64,000 nucleotides of DNA, taken from NCBI GenBank assembly GCA_964016885.1, contig OZ024742.1:373550001-373614000 (forward strand), written 5' to 3'. This document shows positions 51,487 to 64,000 of this stretch, one piece after another. Source of the DNA: Eledone cirrhosa (taxonomy: Eukaryota). Below the pieces are notes generated by a model. That model ran no database searches. It was not told the origin of the DNA and saw only the letters and a program-made list of their open reading frames with translations. A program made the position numbers and the translations under genes. The number at the start of each line of letters is the position of its first letter. The first letter of the stretch is position 1.

Positions 51487-54400
51487 TACTAACTAGATAG
51501 TAATGTTACTGTCATAGCTGTTTACACCTTCTCTGACTCTACTAATAGTTTACTAACTACACAGTAATGTTACTAACACAGCTCTTTACACCTTCTCTGA
51601 CTCTACTAATAGTTTACTAACTAGATAGTAATGTTACTGTCACAGCTCTTTACAGCTTCTCTGACTCTACTAATAGTTTACTAACTAGATAGTAATATTA
51701 CTGTCACATCTCTTTACACCTTCTCTGACTCTACTAATAGTTTACTAACTAGACAGTAATGTTACTGTCACAGCTCTTTACACCTTCTCTGACTCTACTA
51801 ATAGTTTACTAACTAGACAGTAATGTTACTGTCACAGCTCTTTACACCTTCTCTGACTCTACTAATAGTTTACTATCTAGATAGTAATGTTACTGACGCA
51901 GCTCTTTACACCTTCTCTGACTCTATTAATAGTTTACTAACTAATTTAACTGTCACAGCTCTTTACACCTTCTCTGACTCTAGTAATAGTTTACTAACTA
52001 GAGACTAATGTTACTGTCACAGCTCTTTACAGCTTCTCTGACTCTACTAATAGTTTACTAACTAGATAGTAATGTTACTGACACAGTTCTTTATAGTTTC
52101 TCTGACTCTACTAATAGTTTACTAACTAGATAGTAATGTTACTGACACAGTTATTTATAGTTTCTCTGACTCTACTAATAGTTTACTAACTAGATAGTAA
52201 TGTTACTGACACAGTTATTTATAGTTTCTCTGACTCTACTAATAGTTTACTAACTAGAGACTAATGTTACTGTCACAGCTCTTTACAGCTTCTCTGACTC
52301 TACTAATAGTTTACTAACTAGATAGTAATGTTACTGACACAGCTCTTTACAGCTTCTCTGACTCTACTAATAGTTTACTAACTAGATAGTAATGTTACTG
52401 ACACAGCGCTTTACAGCTTCTCTGACTCTACTAATAGTTTACTAACTAGATAGTAATGTTACTGTCACAGCTCTTTACACCTTCTCTGACTCTACTAATA
52501 GTTTACTAACTAGACAGTAATGTTACTGTCACAGCTCTTTACACCTTCTCTGACTCTAGTAATAGTTTACTAACTAGAGAGTAATGTTACTGACACAGCT
52601 CTTTACACCTTCTCTGACTCTAGTAATAGTTTACTAACTCGATAGTAATGTTACTGTCACAGCTCTTTACAGTTTCTCTGACTCTACTAATAGTTTACTA
52701 ACTAGACAGTAATGTTACTGTCACAGCTCTTTACACCTTCTCTGACTCTACTAATAGTTTACTAACTAGATAGTAACGTTACTGTCATAGCTGTTTACAC
52801 CTTCTCTGACTCTACTAATAGTTTACTAACTAGATAGTAATGTTACTGTCACAGCTCTTTACAGCTTCCCTGACTCTACTAATAGTTTACTAACTACACA
52901 GTAATGTTACTAACACAGCTCTTTACACCTTCTCTGACTCTACTAATAGTTTACTAACTAGATAGTAATATTACTGTCACAGCTCTTTACACCTTCCCTG
53001 ACTCTACTAATAGTTTACTAACTACACAGTAGTGTTACTGACACAGCTCTTTACACCTTCTCTGACTCTACTAATAGTTTACTAACTAGATAGTAATGTT
53101 ACTGTCACAGCTCTTTACACCTTCTCTGACTCTACTAATAGTTTACTAACTAGAGAGTAATGTTACTGACACAGCTCTTTACACCTTCTCTGACTCTAGT
53201 AATAGTTTACTAACTAGATAGTAATGTTACTGACACAGCTCTTTACACCTTCTCTGACTCTACTAATAGTTTACTAACTAGATAGTAATGTTACTGACAC
53301 AGTTCTTTACTGCTTCTCTGACTCTACTAATAGTTTACTAACTAGACAGTAATGTTACTGTCACAGCCCTTTACACCTTCCCTGACTCTACTAATAGTTT
53401 ACTAACTACACAGTAATGTTACTGTCACAGCCCTTTACACCTTCCCTGACTCTACTAATAGTTTACTAACTACACAGTAATGTTACTGACACAGCTCTTT
53501 ACACCTTCTCTGACTCTACTAATAGTTTACTAACTAGATAGTAATGTTACTGTCACAGCTCTTTACACCTTCTCTGACTCTACTAATAGTTTACTAACTA
53601 GACAGTAATGTTACTGTCATAGCTCTTTACACCTTCTCTGACTCTAGTAATAGTTTACTAACTAGAGAGTAATGTTACTGACACAGCTCTTTACACCTTC
53701 TCTGACTCTAGTAATAGTTTACTAACTAGATAGTAATGTTACTGACACTGCTCTTTACACATTCTCTGACCCTACTAATAGTTTACTATCTAGATAGTAA
53801 TGTTACTGACACAGCTCTTTACACCTTCTCTGACTCTACTAATAGTTTACTAACTAGACAGTAATTTAACTGTCACAGCTCTTTACACCTTCTCTGACTC
53901 TAGTAATAGTTTACTAACTACATAGTAATGTTACTGTCACAGGTCTTTACAGCTTCTCTGACTCTACTAATAGTTTACTAACTAGATAGTAATGTTACTG
54001 ACACAGCTCTTTACACCTTCTCTGACTCTACTAATAGTTTACTAACTAGATAGTAATGTTACTGACACAGTTCTTTATAGTTTCTCTGACTCTACTAATA
54101 GTTTACTAACTAGATAGTAATGTTACTGACACAGCTCTTTACAGCTTCTCTGACTCTACTAATAGTTTACTAACTAGATAGTAATGTTACTGACACAGTT
54201 ATTTATAGTTTCTCTGACTCTACTAATAGTTTACTAACTAGATAGTAATGTTACTGACACAGCTCTTTACACCTTCTCTGACTCTACTAATAGTTTACTA
54301 ACTAGACAGTAATGTTACTGTCACAGCTCTTTACACCTTCTCTGACTCTACTAATAGTTTACTAACTAGATAGTAATGTTACTGTCATAGCTGTTTACAC

Positions 54401-57400
54401 CTTGTCTGACTCTACTAATAGTTTACTAACTAGATAGTAATGTTACTGTCACAGCTCTTTACAGCTTCCCTGACTCTACTAATAGTTTACTAACTACACA
54501 GTAATGTTACTAACACAGCTCTTTACACCTTCTCTGACTCTACTAATAGTTTACTAACTAGATAGTAATATTACTGTCACAGCTCTTTACACCTTCTCTG
54601 ACTCTACTAATAGTTTACTAACTAGATAGTAATGTTACTGTCACAGCTCTTTACACCTTCTCTTACTCTAGTAATAGTTTACTAACTAGAGAGTAATGTT
54701 ACTGACACAGCTCTTTACACCTTCTCTGACTCTAGTAATAGTTTACTAACTAGAGAGTAATGTTACTGACACAGCTCTTTACACCTTCTCTGACTCTAGT
54801 AATAGTTTACTAACTAGATAGTAATGTTACTGACACAGTTCTTTACTGCTTCTCTGACTCTACTAATAGTTTACTAACTAGACAGTAATGTTACTGTCAC
54901 AGCTCTTTACACCTTCTCTGACTCTACTAATAGTTTACTAACTAGACAGTAATGTTACTGTCACAGCTCTTTACACCTTCTCTGACTCTACTAATAGTTT
55001 ACTAACTACACAGTAATGTTACTGACACAGCTCTTTACACCTTCTCTGACTCTACTAATAGTTTACTAACTAGACAGTAATGTTACTGTCACAGCCCTTT
55101 ACACCTTCCCTGACTCTACTAATAGTTTACTAACTACACAGTAATGTTACTGACACAGCTCTTTACACCTTCTCTGACTCTACTAATAGTTTACTAACTA
55201 GACAGTAATGTTACTGTCACAGCTCTTTACACCTTCTCTGACTCTACTAATAGTTTACTAACTAGACAGTAATGTTACTGTCACAGCTCTTTACACCTTC
55301 TCTGACTCTACTAATAGTTTACTAACTACACAGTAATGTTACTGACACAGCTCTTTACACCTTCTCTGACTCTACTAATAGTTTACTAACTAGATACTAA
55401 TGTTACTGTCACAGCTCTTTACACCTTCTCTTACTCTACTAATAGTTTACTAACTAGAGAGTAATGTTACTGACACAGCTCTTTACACCTTCTCTGACTC
55501 TAGTAATAGTTTACTAACTAGAGAGTAATGTTACTGACACAGCTCTTTACACCTTCTCTGACTCTAGTAATAGTTTACTAACTAGATAGTAATGTTACTG
55601 ACACAGTTCTTTACTGCTTCTCTGACTCTACTAATAGTTTACTAACTAGACAGTAATGTTACTGTCACAGCTCTTTACACCTTCTCTGACTCTACTAATA
55701 GTTTACTAACTAGACAGTAATGTTACTGTCACAGCTCTTTACACCTTCTCTGACTCTACTAATAGTTTACTAACTACACAGTAATGTTACTGACACAGCT
55801 CTTTACACCTTCTCTGACTCTACTAATAGTTTAATAACTAGACAGTAATGTTACTGTCACAGCCCTTTACACCTTCCCTGACTCTACTAATAGTTTACTA
55901 ACTACACAGTAATGTTACTGACACAGCTCTTTACACCTTCTCTGACTCTACTAATAGTTTACTAACTAGACAGTAATGTTACTGTCACAGCTCTTTACAC
56001 CTTCTCTGACTCTACTAATAGTTTACTAACTAGACAGTAATGTTACTGTCACAGCTCTTTACACCTTCTCTGACTCTACTAATAGTTTACTAACTACACA
56101 GTAATGTTACTGACACAGCTCTTTACACCTTCTCTGACTCTACTAATAGTTTACTAACTAGACAGTAATGTTACTGTCACAGCCCTTTACACCTTCCCTG
56201 ACTCTACTAATAGTTTACTAACTACACAGTAATGTTACTGACACAGCTCTTTACACCTTCTCTGACTCTACTAATAGTTTACTAACTAGACAGTAATGTT
56301 ACTGACACAGCTCTTTACACCTTCTCTGACTCTACTAATAGTTTACTAACTAGAGAGTAATGTTACTGACACAGCTCTTTACACCTTCTCTGACTCTACT
56401 AATAGTTTACTAACTAGAGAGTAATGTTACTGACACAGCTCTTTACACCTTCTCTGACTCTAGTAATAGTTTACTAACTAGATAGTAATGTTACTGACAC
56501 TGCTCTTTGCACCTTCTCTGACTCTACTAATAGTTTACTAACTAGATAGAAATGTTACTGACACAGCTCTTTACACCTTCTCTGACTCTACTAATAGTTT
56601 ACTAACTAGACAGTAATTTAACTGTCACAGCTCTTTACACCTTCTCTGACTCTAGTAATAGTTTACTAACTACATAGTAATGTTACTGTCACAGCTCTTT
56701 ACAGCTTCTCTGACTCTACTAATAGTTTACTAACTAGATAGTAATGTTACTGACACAGCTCTTTACACCTTCTCTGACTCTACTAATAGTTTACTAACTA
56801 GATAGTAATGTTACTGACACAGCTCTTTACACCTTCTTTGACTCTACTAATAGTTTACTAACTCGACAGTAATGTTACTGTCACAGCTCTTTACACCTTC
56901 TCTGACTTTACTAATAGTTTACTAACTAGATAGTAATGTTACTGTCACAGCTCTTTACACCTTCTTTGACTCTACTAATAGTTTACTAACTCGACAGTAA
57001 TGTTACTGTCACAGCTCTTTACACCTTCTTTGACTCTACTAATAGTTTACTAACTAGACAGTAATGTTACTGACACAGCTCTTTACACCTTCTCTGACTC
57101 TACTAATAGTTTACTAACTAGAGAGTAATGTTACTGACACAGCTCTTTACACCTTCTCTGACTCTACTAATAGTTTACTAACTAGATAGAAATGTTACTG
57201 ACACAGTTCTTTACACCTTCTCTGACTCTACTAATAGTTTACTAACTAGACAGTAATTTAACTGTCACAGCTCTTTACACCTTCTCTGACTCTAGTAATA
57301 GTTTACTAACTAGAGAGTAATGTTACTGACACAGCTCTTTACACCTTCTCTGACTCTAGTAATAGTTTACTAACTAGATAGTAATGTTACTGACACAGTT

Positions 57401-58384
57401 CTTTACTGCTTCTCTGACTCTACTAATAGTTTACTAACTAGACAGTAATGTTACTGTCACAGCCCTTTACACCTTCCCTGACTCTACTAATAGTTTACTA
57501 ACTACACAGTAATGTTACTGACACAGCTCTTTACACCTTCTCTGACTCTACTAATAGTTTACTAACTAGACAGTAATGTTACTGTCACAGCCCTTTACAC
57601 CTTCCCTGACTCTACTAATAGTTTACTAACTACACAGTAATGTTACTGACACAGCTCTTTACACCTTCTCTGACTCTACTAATAGTTTACTAACTAGATA
57701 GTAATGTTACTGTCATAGCTCTTTACACCTTCTCTGACTCTAGTAATAGTTTACTAACTAGAGAGTAATGTTACTGACACAGCTCTTTACACCTTCTCTG
57801 ACTCTAGTAATAGTTTACTAACTAGATAGTAATGTTACTGACACTGCTCTTTACACCTTCTCTGACTCTACTAATAGTTTACTAACTAGATAGTAATGTT
57901 ACTGACACAGCTCTTTACACCTTCTCTGACTCTACTAATAGTTTACTAACTAGACAGTAATTTAACTGTCACAGCTCTTTACACCTTCTCTGACTCTAGT
58001 AATAGTTTACTAACTACATAGTAATGTTACTGTCACAGCTCTTTACAGCTTCTCTGACTCTACTAATAGTTTACTAACTAGATAGTAATGTTACTGACAC
58101 AGCTCTTTACACCTTCTCTGACTCTACTAATAGTTTACTAACTAGATAGTAATGTTACTGACACAGCTCTTTACACCTTCTTTGACTCTACTAATAGTTT
58201 ACTAACTCGACAGTAATGTTACTGTCACAGCTCTTTACACCTTCTCTGACTTTACTAATAGTTTACTAACTCGACAGTAATGTTACTGTCACAGCTCTTT
58301 ACACCTTCTCTGACTCTACTAATAGTTTACTAACTAGATAGTAATGTTACTGTCACAGCTCTTTACACTTTCTCTGACTCTACT
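51487..58384. repeat. 64-bp tandem array, middle block (~108 units)
   Basis: Same unit resumes after the LINE. Confidence 0.98.
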
Positions 58385-58736
58385 TAGGCATCTCTAACAA
58401 AACACACCCCCGTCCCACCACCCCCACCCCATCCACACCGCCCCTTTCAATGTAAAGTTATGTTGGTGCTACAACATCCAGGCCGAAACAAATGAGATCG
58501 TGTAGGTGTCACGACAAAAAAATACACAGTCCACGCTGTAATGTGGCCGTGTAGGCAACACGGTAAAAACCTCCCAGTCCCACACTGTAAATGTGGTTGG
58601 TGTTAGGAAGGGCATCCAGCTGTAGAAAACCTGCCAGACAGTCCTATGCGAGCAAGACAACCATTCTTGCCTCAAGTCGGAAAACTCCCGTTCAAACCCG
58701 TGCAAGTGTGGAACATGGACGTTAAACGATGATGAT
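58385..58736 (+). mobile_element. 5'-truncated RTE-type 3'UTR copy inserted in the 64-bp array
   Basis: About 2 copies of the internal repeat, then GTGGTTGGTGTTAGGAAGGGCATCCAGCTGTAGAAA...TGGACGTTAAAC and (GAT)3. Homologous to 30100-30350. Confidence 0.9.
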
Positions 58737-59862
58737 AGTAATGTTACTGACACAGCTCTTTACACCTTCTCTGACTCTACTAATAGTTTACTAACTAGAT
58801 AGTAATGTTACTGTCACAGCTCTTTACACCTTCTCTGACTCTACTAATAGTTTACTAACTAGATAGTAATGTTACTGACACAGCTCTTTAAACCTTCTCT
58901 GACTCTACTAATAGTTTACTAACTAGATAGTAATGTTACTGACACAGCTCTTTAAACCTTCTCTGACTCTACTAATAGTTTACTAACTAGATAGTAATGT
59001 TACTGTCACAGCTCTTTACACCTTCTCTGACTCTACTAATAGTTTACTAACTAGATAGTAATGTTACTGTCACAGCTCTTTACACCTTCTCTGACTCTCC
59101 TAATAGTTTACTAACTAGATAGTAATGTTACTGTCACAGCTCTTTACACCTTCTCTGACTCTACTAATAGTTTACTAACTAGATAGTAATGTTACTGTCA
59201 CAGCTCTTTACACCTTCTCTGACTCTACTAATAGTTTACTAACTAGATAGTAATGTTACTGACACAGCTCTTTACACCTTCTCTGACTCTACTAATAGTT
59301 TACTAACTAGATAGTAATGTTATTGTCACAGCTCTTTACACCTTCTCTGACTCTAGTAATAGTTTACTAACTAGAGAGTAATGTTACTGACACAGCTCTT
59401 TACACCTTCTCTGACTCTACTAATAGTTTACTAACTAGATAGTAATGTTACTGTCACAGCTCTTTACACCTTCTCTGACTCTACTAATAGTTTACTAACT
59501 AGATAGTAATGTTACTGACACAGCTCTTTACACCTTCTCTGACTCTACTAATTGTTTACTAACTACACAGTAATGTTACTGACACAGTTCTTTACTGCTT
59601 CTCTGACTCTACTAATAGTTTACTAACTAGATATTAATGTTACTGTTAAAACTCTTTACACCTTCTCTGATTCTACTAATAGTTTACTAACTAGATAGTA
59701 ATGTTACTGTTAAAACTCTTTACACTTTCTCTGACTCTACTAATAGTTTACTAACTAGATAGTAATGTTACTGTTAAAACTCTTTACACATTCTCTGATT
59801 CTACTAATAGTTTACTAACTAGATAGTAATGTTACTGTTAAAACTCTTTACACATTCTCTAA
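58734..59862. repeat. 64-bp tandem array, right block (~17 units), diverging at its end
   Basis: Same unit. The last four copies carry TGTTAAAACTC variants. Confidence 0.97.
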
Positions 59863-59942
59863 CCTTCTCAATAACTATTTCAGCTCTCTGTGTCTCCTCA
59901 TCATTTCGTTTTGGTTCCAGTTACTCCATCTTGTCTTTTCAG

Positions 59943-60023
59943 ATAAAGAAACACATGACAAAGTAGAGATATCAGCCCGGGAGTCTTTTGTGAGCCATGA
60001 AGGCTTTACTTTACTGGCTATAG
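59943..60023 (+). CDS. Probable internal 81-bp coding exon (phase 1-1) of an unidentified host gene
   Basis: Polypyrimidine tract CTCCATCTTGTCTTTTCAG acceptor and TAG|GTGAGT donor. Length is divisible by 3 and only one frame is open: xKETHDKVEISARESFVSHEGFTLLAI. No homology recognised. Confidence 0.6.
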
Positions 60024-60357
60024 GTGAGTTTTATGTTGATATCTAACAGGAGTCGTTTGTGAGCCATGGAGGCTTTACTTTACTGGCTGTAGGTGAGTTT
60101 TATGTTGATATCTAATGGGAGTCTTTTGTGAGCCATGGAGGCTTTACTTTACTGGCTGTAGGTGAGTTTTATGTTGATATCTAACAGGAGTCGTTTGTGA
60201 GCCATGGAGGCTTTACTTTACTGGCTGTAGGTGAGTTTTATGTTGATATCTAATGGGAGTCTTTTGTGAGCCATGGAGGCTTTACTTTACTGGCTGTAGG
60301 TGAGTTTTATGTTGATATCTAATAGGAGTCTTTTGTGAGTCATGGAGGCTTTACTTT
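59980..60357 (+). repeat. 69-bp tandem repeat (~5.5 copies) spanning the exon 3' end and its splice donor
   Basis: GAGTC recurs at 59981, 60050, 60119, 60188, 60257 and 60326. Confidence 0.95.
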
Positions 60358-60614
60358 TCTTGGTGTAGATAATTTTGTTAATGTTGGACTGTCAGAATTG
60401 TTAGAGCATCGGATTAATGGTTATCCAAGAGAACAGAGTTGTTCAATTGCTCTGTTGGTTCAGTGTGTGATCTGTCATATTTTCTGTGCTGTGCCATTCA
60501 ATAAACATTGCTGAAAGTTACAAACTAATGGAGGCCCAATTAAGTTAAAATATGCTTTACACGAAAGTTCTGATTATATATCTAGGTTAGCAGCAGTAAC
60601 CAGTACACAGGGAT

Positions 60615-63600
60615 TATACAAGGATGGTATAGTGATTCTAATAACCAGTATATAGGGATGGTATAGTGATTCTAATAACCAGTATATAGAGATGCTATAG
60701 TGATTCTAATAACCAGTATATAGAGAAGGTATAGTGATTCTAATAACCAGTATATAGGGATGGTACAGTGATTCTAATAACCAGTATATAGAGATGGTAC
60801 AGTGATTCTAATAACCAGTATATAGGGATCGTATAGTGATTCTAATAACCAGTATATAGAGAAGGTATAGTGATTCTAATAACCAGTATATAGGGATCGT
60901 ATAGTGATTCTAATAACCAGTATATAGGGATGGTACAGTGATTCTAATAACCAGTATATAGGGATCGTATAGTGATTCTAATAACCAGTATATAGGGATG
61001 GTATAGTGATTCTAATAACCAGTATATAGGGATCGTATAGTGATTCTAATAACCAGTATATAGAGATGGTACAGTGATTCTAATAACCAGTATATAGAGA
61101 AGGTATAGTGATTCTAATAACCAGTATATAGGGATGGTACAGTGATTCTAATAACCAGTATATAGGGATCGTATAGTGATTCTAATAACCAGTATATAGA
61201 GATGGTACAGTAATTCTAATAACCAGTATATAGAGAAGGTATAGTGATTCTAATAACCAGTATGTAGAGATGGTATAGTGATTCTAATAACCAGTATATA
61301 AAGATGGTATAGTGATTCTAATAACCAGTATATAGAGAAGGTACAGTGATTCTAATAACCAGTATATAGGGATCGTATAGTGATTCTAATAACCAGTATA
61401 TAGAGATGGTATAGTGATTCTAATAACCAGTATGTAGAGATAGTATAGTGATTCTAATAACCAGTATATAGGGATGGTACAGTGATTCTAATAACAGTAT
61501 ATAGGGATGGTACAGTGATTCTAATAACCAGTATATAGAGATGGTACAGTGATTCTAATAACCAGTATATAGAGATGGTACAGTGATTCTAATAACCAGT
61601 ATATTGAGATGGTATAGTGACTCTAATAACCAGTATATAGAGATGGTATAGTGATTCTAATAACCAGTATATAGAGATGGTATAGTGATTCTAATAACCA
61701 GTATAGAGAGATGGTATAGTGATTCTAATAACCAGTATAGAGAGATGGTATAGTGATTCTAATAACCAGTATATAGAGATGGTATAGTGATTCTAATAAC
61801 CAGTATATAGGGATGGTATAGTGATTCTAATAACCAGTATATAGAGATGGTATAGTGATTCTAATAACCAGTATATAGAGATGGTATAGTGATTCTAATA
61901 ACCAGTATAGAGAGATGGTATAGTGATTCTAATAACCAGTATAGAGAGATGGTATAGTGATTCTAATAACCAGTATATAGAGATGGTATAGTGATTCTAA
62001 TAACCAGTATATAGAGATGGTATAGTGATTCTAATAACCAGTATATAGAGATGGTATAGTGATTCTAATAACCAGTATGTAGAGATGGTATAGTGATTCT
62101 AATAACCAGTATATAGGGATGGTACAGTGATTCTAATAACAGTATATAGGGATGGTACAGTGATTCTAATAACCAGTATATAGAGATGGTACAGTGATTC
62201 TAATAACCAGTATATAGAGATGGTATAGTGATTCTAATAACCAGTATATAGAGATGGTATAGTGATTCTAATAACCAGTATATAGGGATGGTACAGTGAT
62301 TCTAATAACCAGTATATAGAGATGGTACAGTGATTCTAATAACCAGTATATAGAGATGGTACAGTGATTCTAATAACCAGTATATGAGATGGTATAGTGA
62401 TTCTAATAACCAGTATATAGAGATGGTATAGTGATTCTAATAACCAGTATATAAAGATGGTATAGTGATTCTAATAACCAGTATATAGAGATGGTATAGT
62501 GACTCTAATAACCAGTATATAGAGATGGTACAGTGATTCTAATAACCAGTATATAGAGAAGGTATAGTGATTCTAATAACCAGTATATAGAGATGGTATA
62601 GTGATTCTAATAACCAGTATGTAGAGATGGTATAGTGATTCTAATAACCAGTATATAGAGATGGTACAGTGATTCTAATAACCACTATATAGAGATGGTA
62701 TAGTGATTCTAATAACCAGTATATAGGGATGGTATAGTGATTCTAAAAACCATTATATAGAGATGGTATAGTGATTCTAATAACCAGTATATAGAGATGG
62801 TATAGTGATTCTAATAACCAGTATATAAAGATGGTACAGTGATTCTAATAACCATTATATAGAGATGGTACAGTGATTCTAATAACCAGTATATAAAGAT
62901 GGTACATTGATTCTAATAACCAGTATATAGGGATGGTATAGTGATTCGAATAACCAGTATATAAAGATGGTATAGTGATTCTAATAACCAGTATATAGAG
63001 ATGATATAGTGATTCTAAAAACCAGTATATAGAGAGATGGTATAGTGATTCTAATAACCAGTATATAGAGATTGTATAGTGATTCTAATAACCACTATAT
63101 AGAGATGGTATAGTGATTCTAATAACCAGTATATAGAGGTGGTATAGTGATTCTAATAACCAGTATATAGAGATGGTATAGTGATTCTAATAACCAGTAT
63201 AAAGAGATGGTGTAGTGATTCTAATAACCAGTATATAGAGATGGTATGGTGATTCTAATAACCAGTATATAAAGATGGTACAGTGATTCTAATAACCAGT
63301 ATATAGAGATGATATAGTGATTCTAATAACCAGTATATAGAGAGATGGTATAGTGATTCTAATAACCAGTATATAGAGATTGTATAGTGATTCTAATAAC
63401 CACTATATAGAGATGGTATAGTGATTCTAATAACCAGTATATAGAGGTGGTATAGTGATTCTAATAACCAGTATATAGAGATGGTATAGTGATTCTAATA
63501 ACCAGTATATAGAGATGGTATAGTGATTCTAATAACCAGTATATAGAGATGCTATAGTGATTCTAATAACCAGTATATAGAGATGGTATAGTGATTCTAA

Positions 63601-64000
63601 TAACCAGTATATAGAGAAGGTACAGTGATTCTAATAACCAGTATATAGAGTTGGTACAGTGATTCTAATAACCAGTATATAGAGATGGTACAGTGATTCT
63701 AATAACAGTATATAGAGATGGTACAGTGATTCTAATAACAGTATATAGAGATGGTATAGTGATTCTAATAACCAGTATATAAAGATGGTATAGTGATTCT
63801 AATAACCAGTATATAAAGATGGTATATTGACTCTAATAACCAGTATATAGAGATGGTACAGTGATTCTAATAACAGTATATAGAGATGGTACAGTGATTC
63901 TAATAACCAGTATATGAGATGGTACAGTGATTCTAATAACCAGTATATAAAGATGGTACAGTGATTCTAATAACCAGTATAGAGAGATGGTATAGTGATT
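60615..64000. repeat. 34-bp tandem array (~100 units; continues off the right edge)
   Basis: Unit GTGATTCTAATAACCAGTATATAGAGATGGTATA. Confidence 0.98.

Noticed and set aside
1-59862. WGATAR (GATA-factor) motif in the 26/28-, 48- and 64-bp units
   Set aside because: A short degenerate motif expected by chance in AT-rich units, with no evidence of function.

Overview
Eukaryotic (animal) non-coding DNA, not prokaryotic; there is no CRISPR array or operon. The SINE and RTE-tail motifs resemble those I recall from octopus/cephalopod genomes, which is an unverified inference. About 85% of the window is six tandem arrays: 26/28 bp (1-20042), 48 bp (20039-25937), 49 bp (30351-40112), 64 bp (40752-59862, interrupted twice), 69 bp (59980-60357) and 34 bp (60615 to the end). 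Between them are a 5'-truncated dead RTE LINE (27782-30350), a young L1/Tx1-like LINE with an intact ORF2 and a 13-bp target-site duplication (47426-51486), several SINE/LINE fragments, and one probable 81-bp host exon (59943-60023). Nearly all ORFs in the supplied track are satellite artefacts. Main observations: (i) the 48-bp and 49-bp satellites both match a ~49-bp unit that occurs 2-3 times in RTE 3'UTRs in this same window, so two multi-kb satellites appear to have grown out of a retroposon tail; (ii) the 64-bp satellite just upstream of the exon carries TACTAAC and a QKI/SF1-type element in most units; (iii) the exon's splice donor is itself tandemly repeated five times; (iv) the Tx1-like 3'UTR contains two adjacent pseudoknot-like elements.
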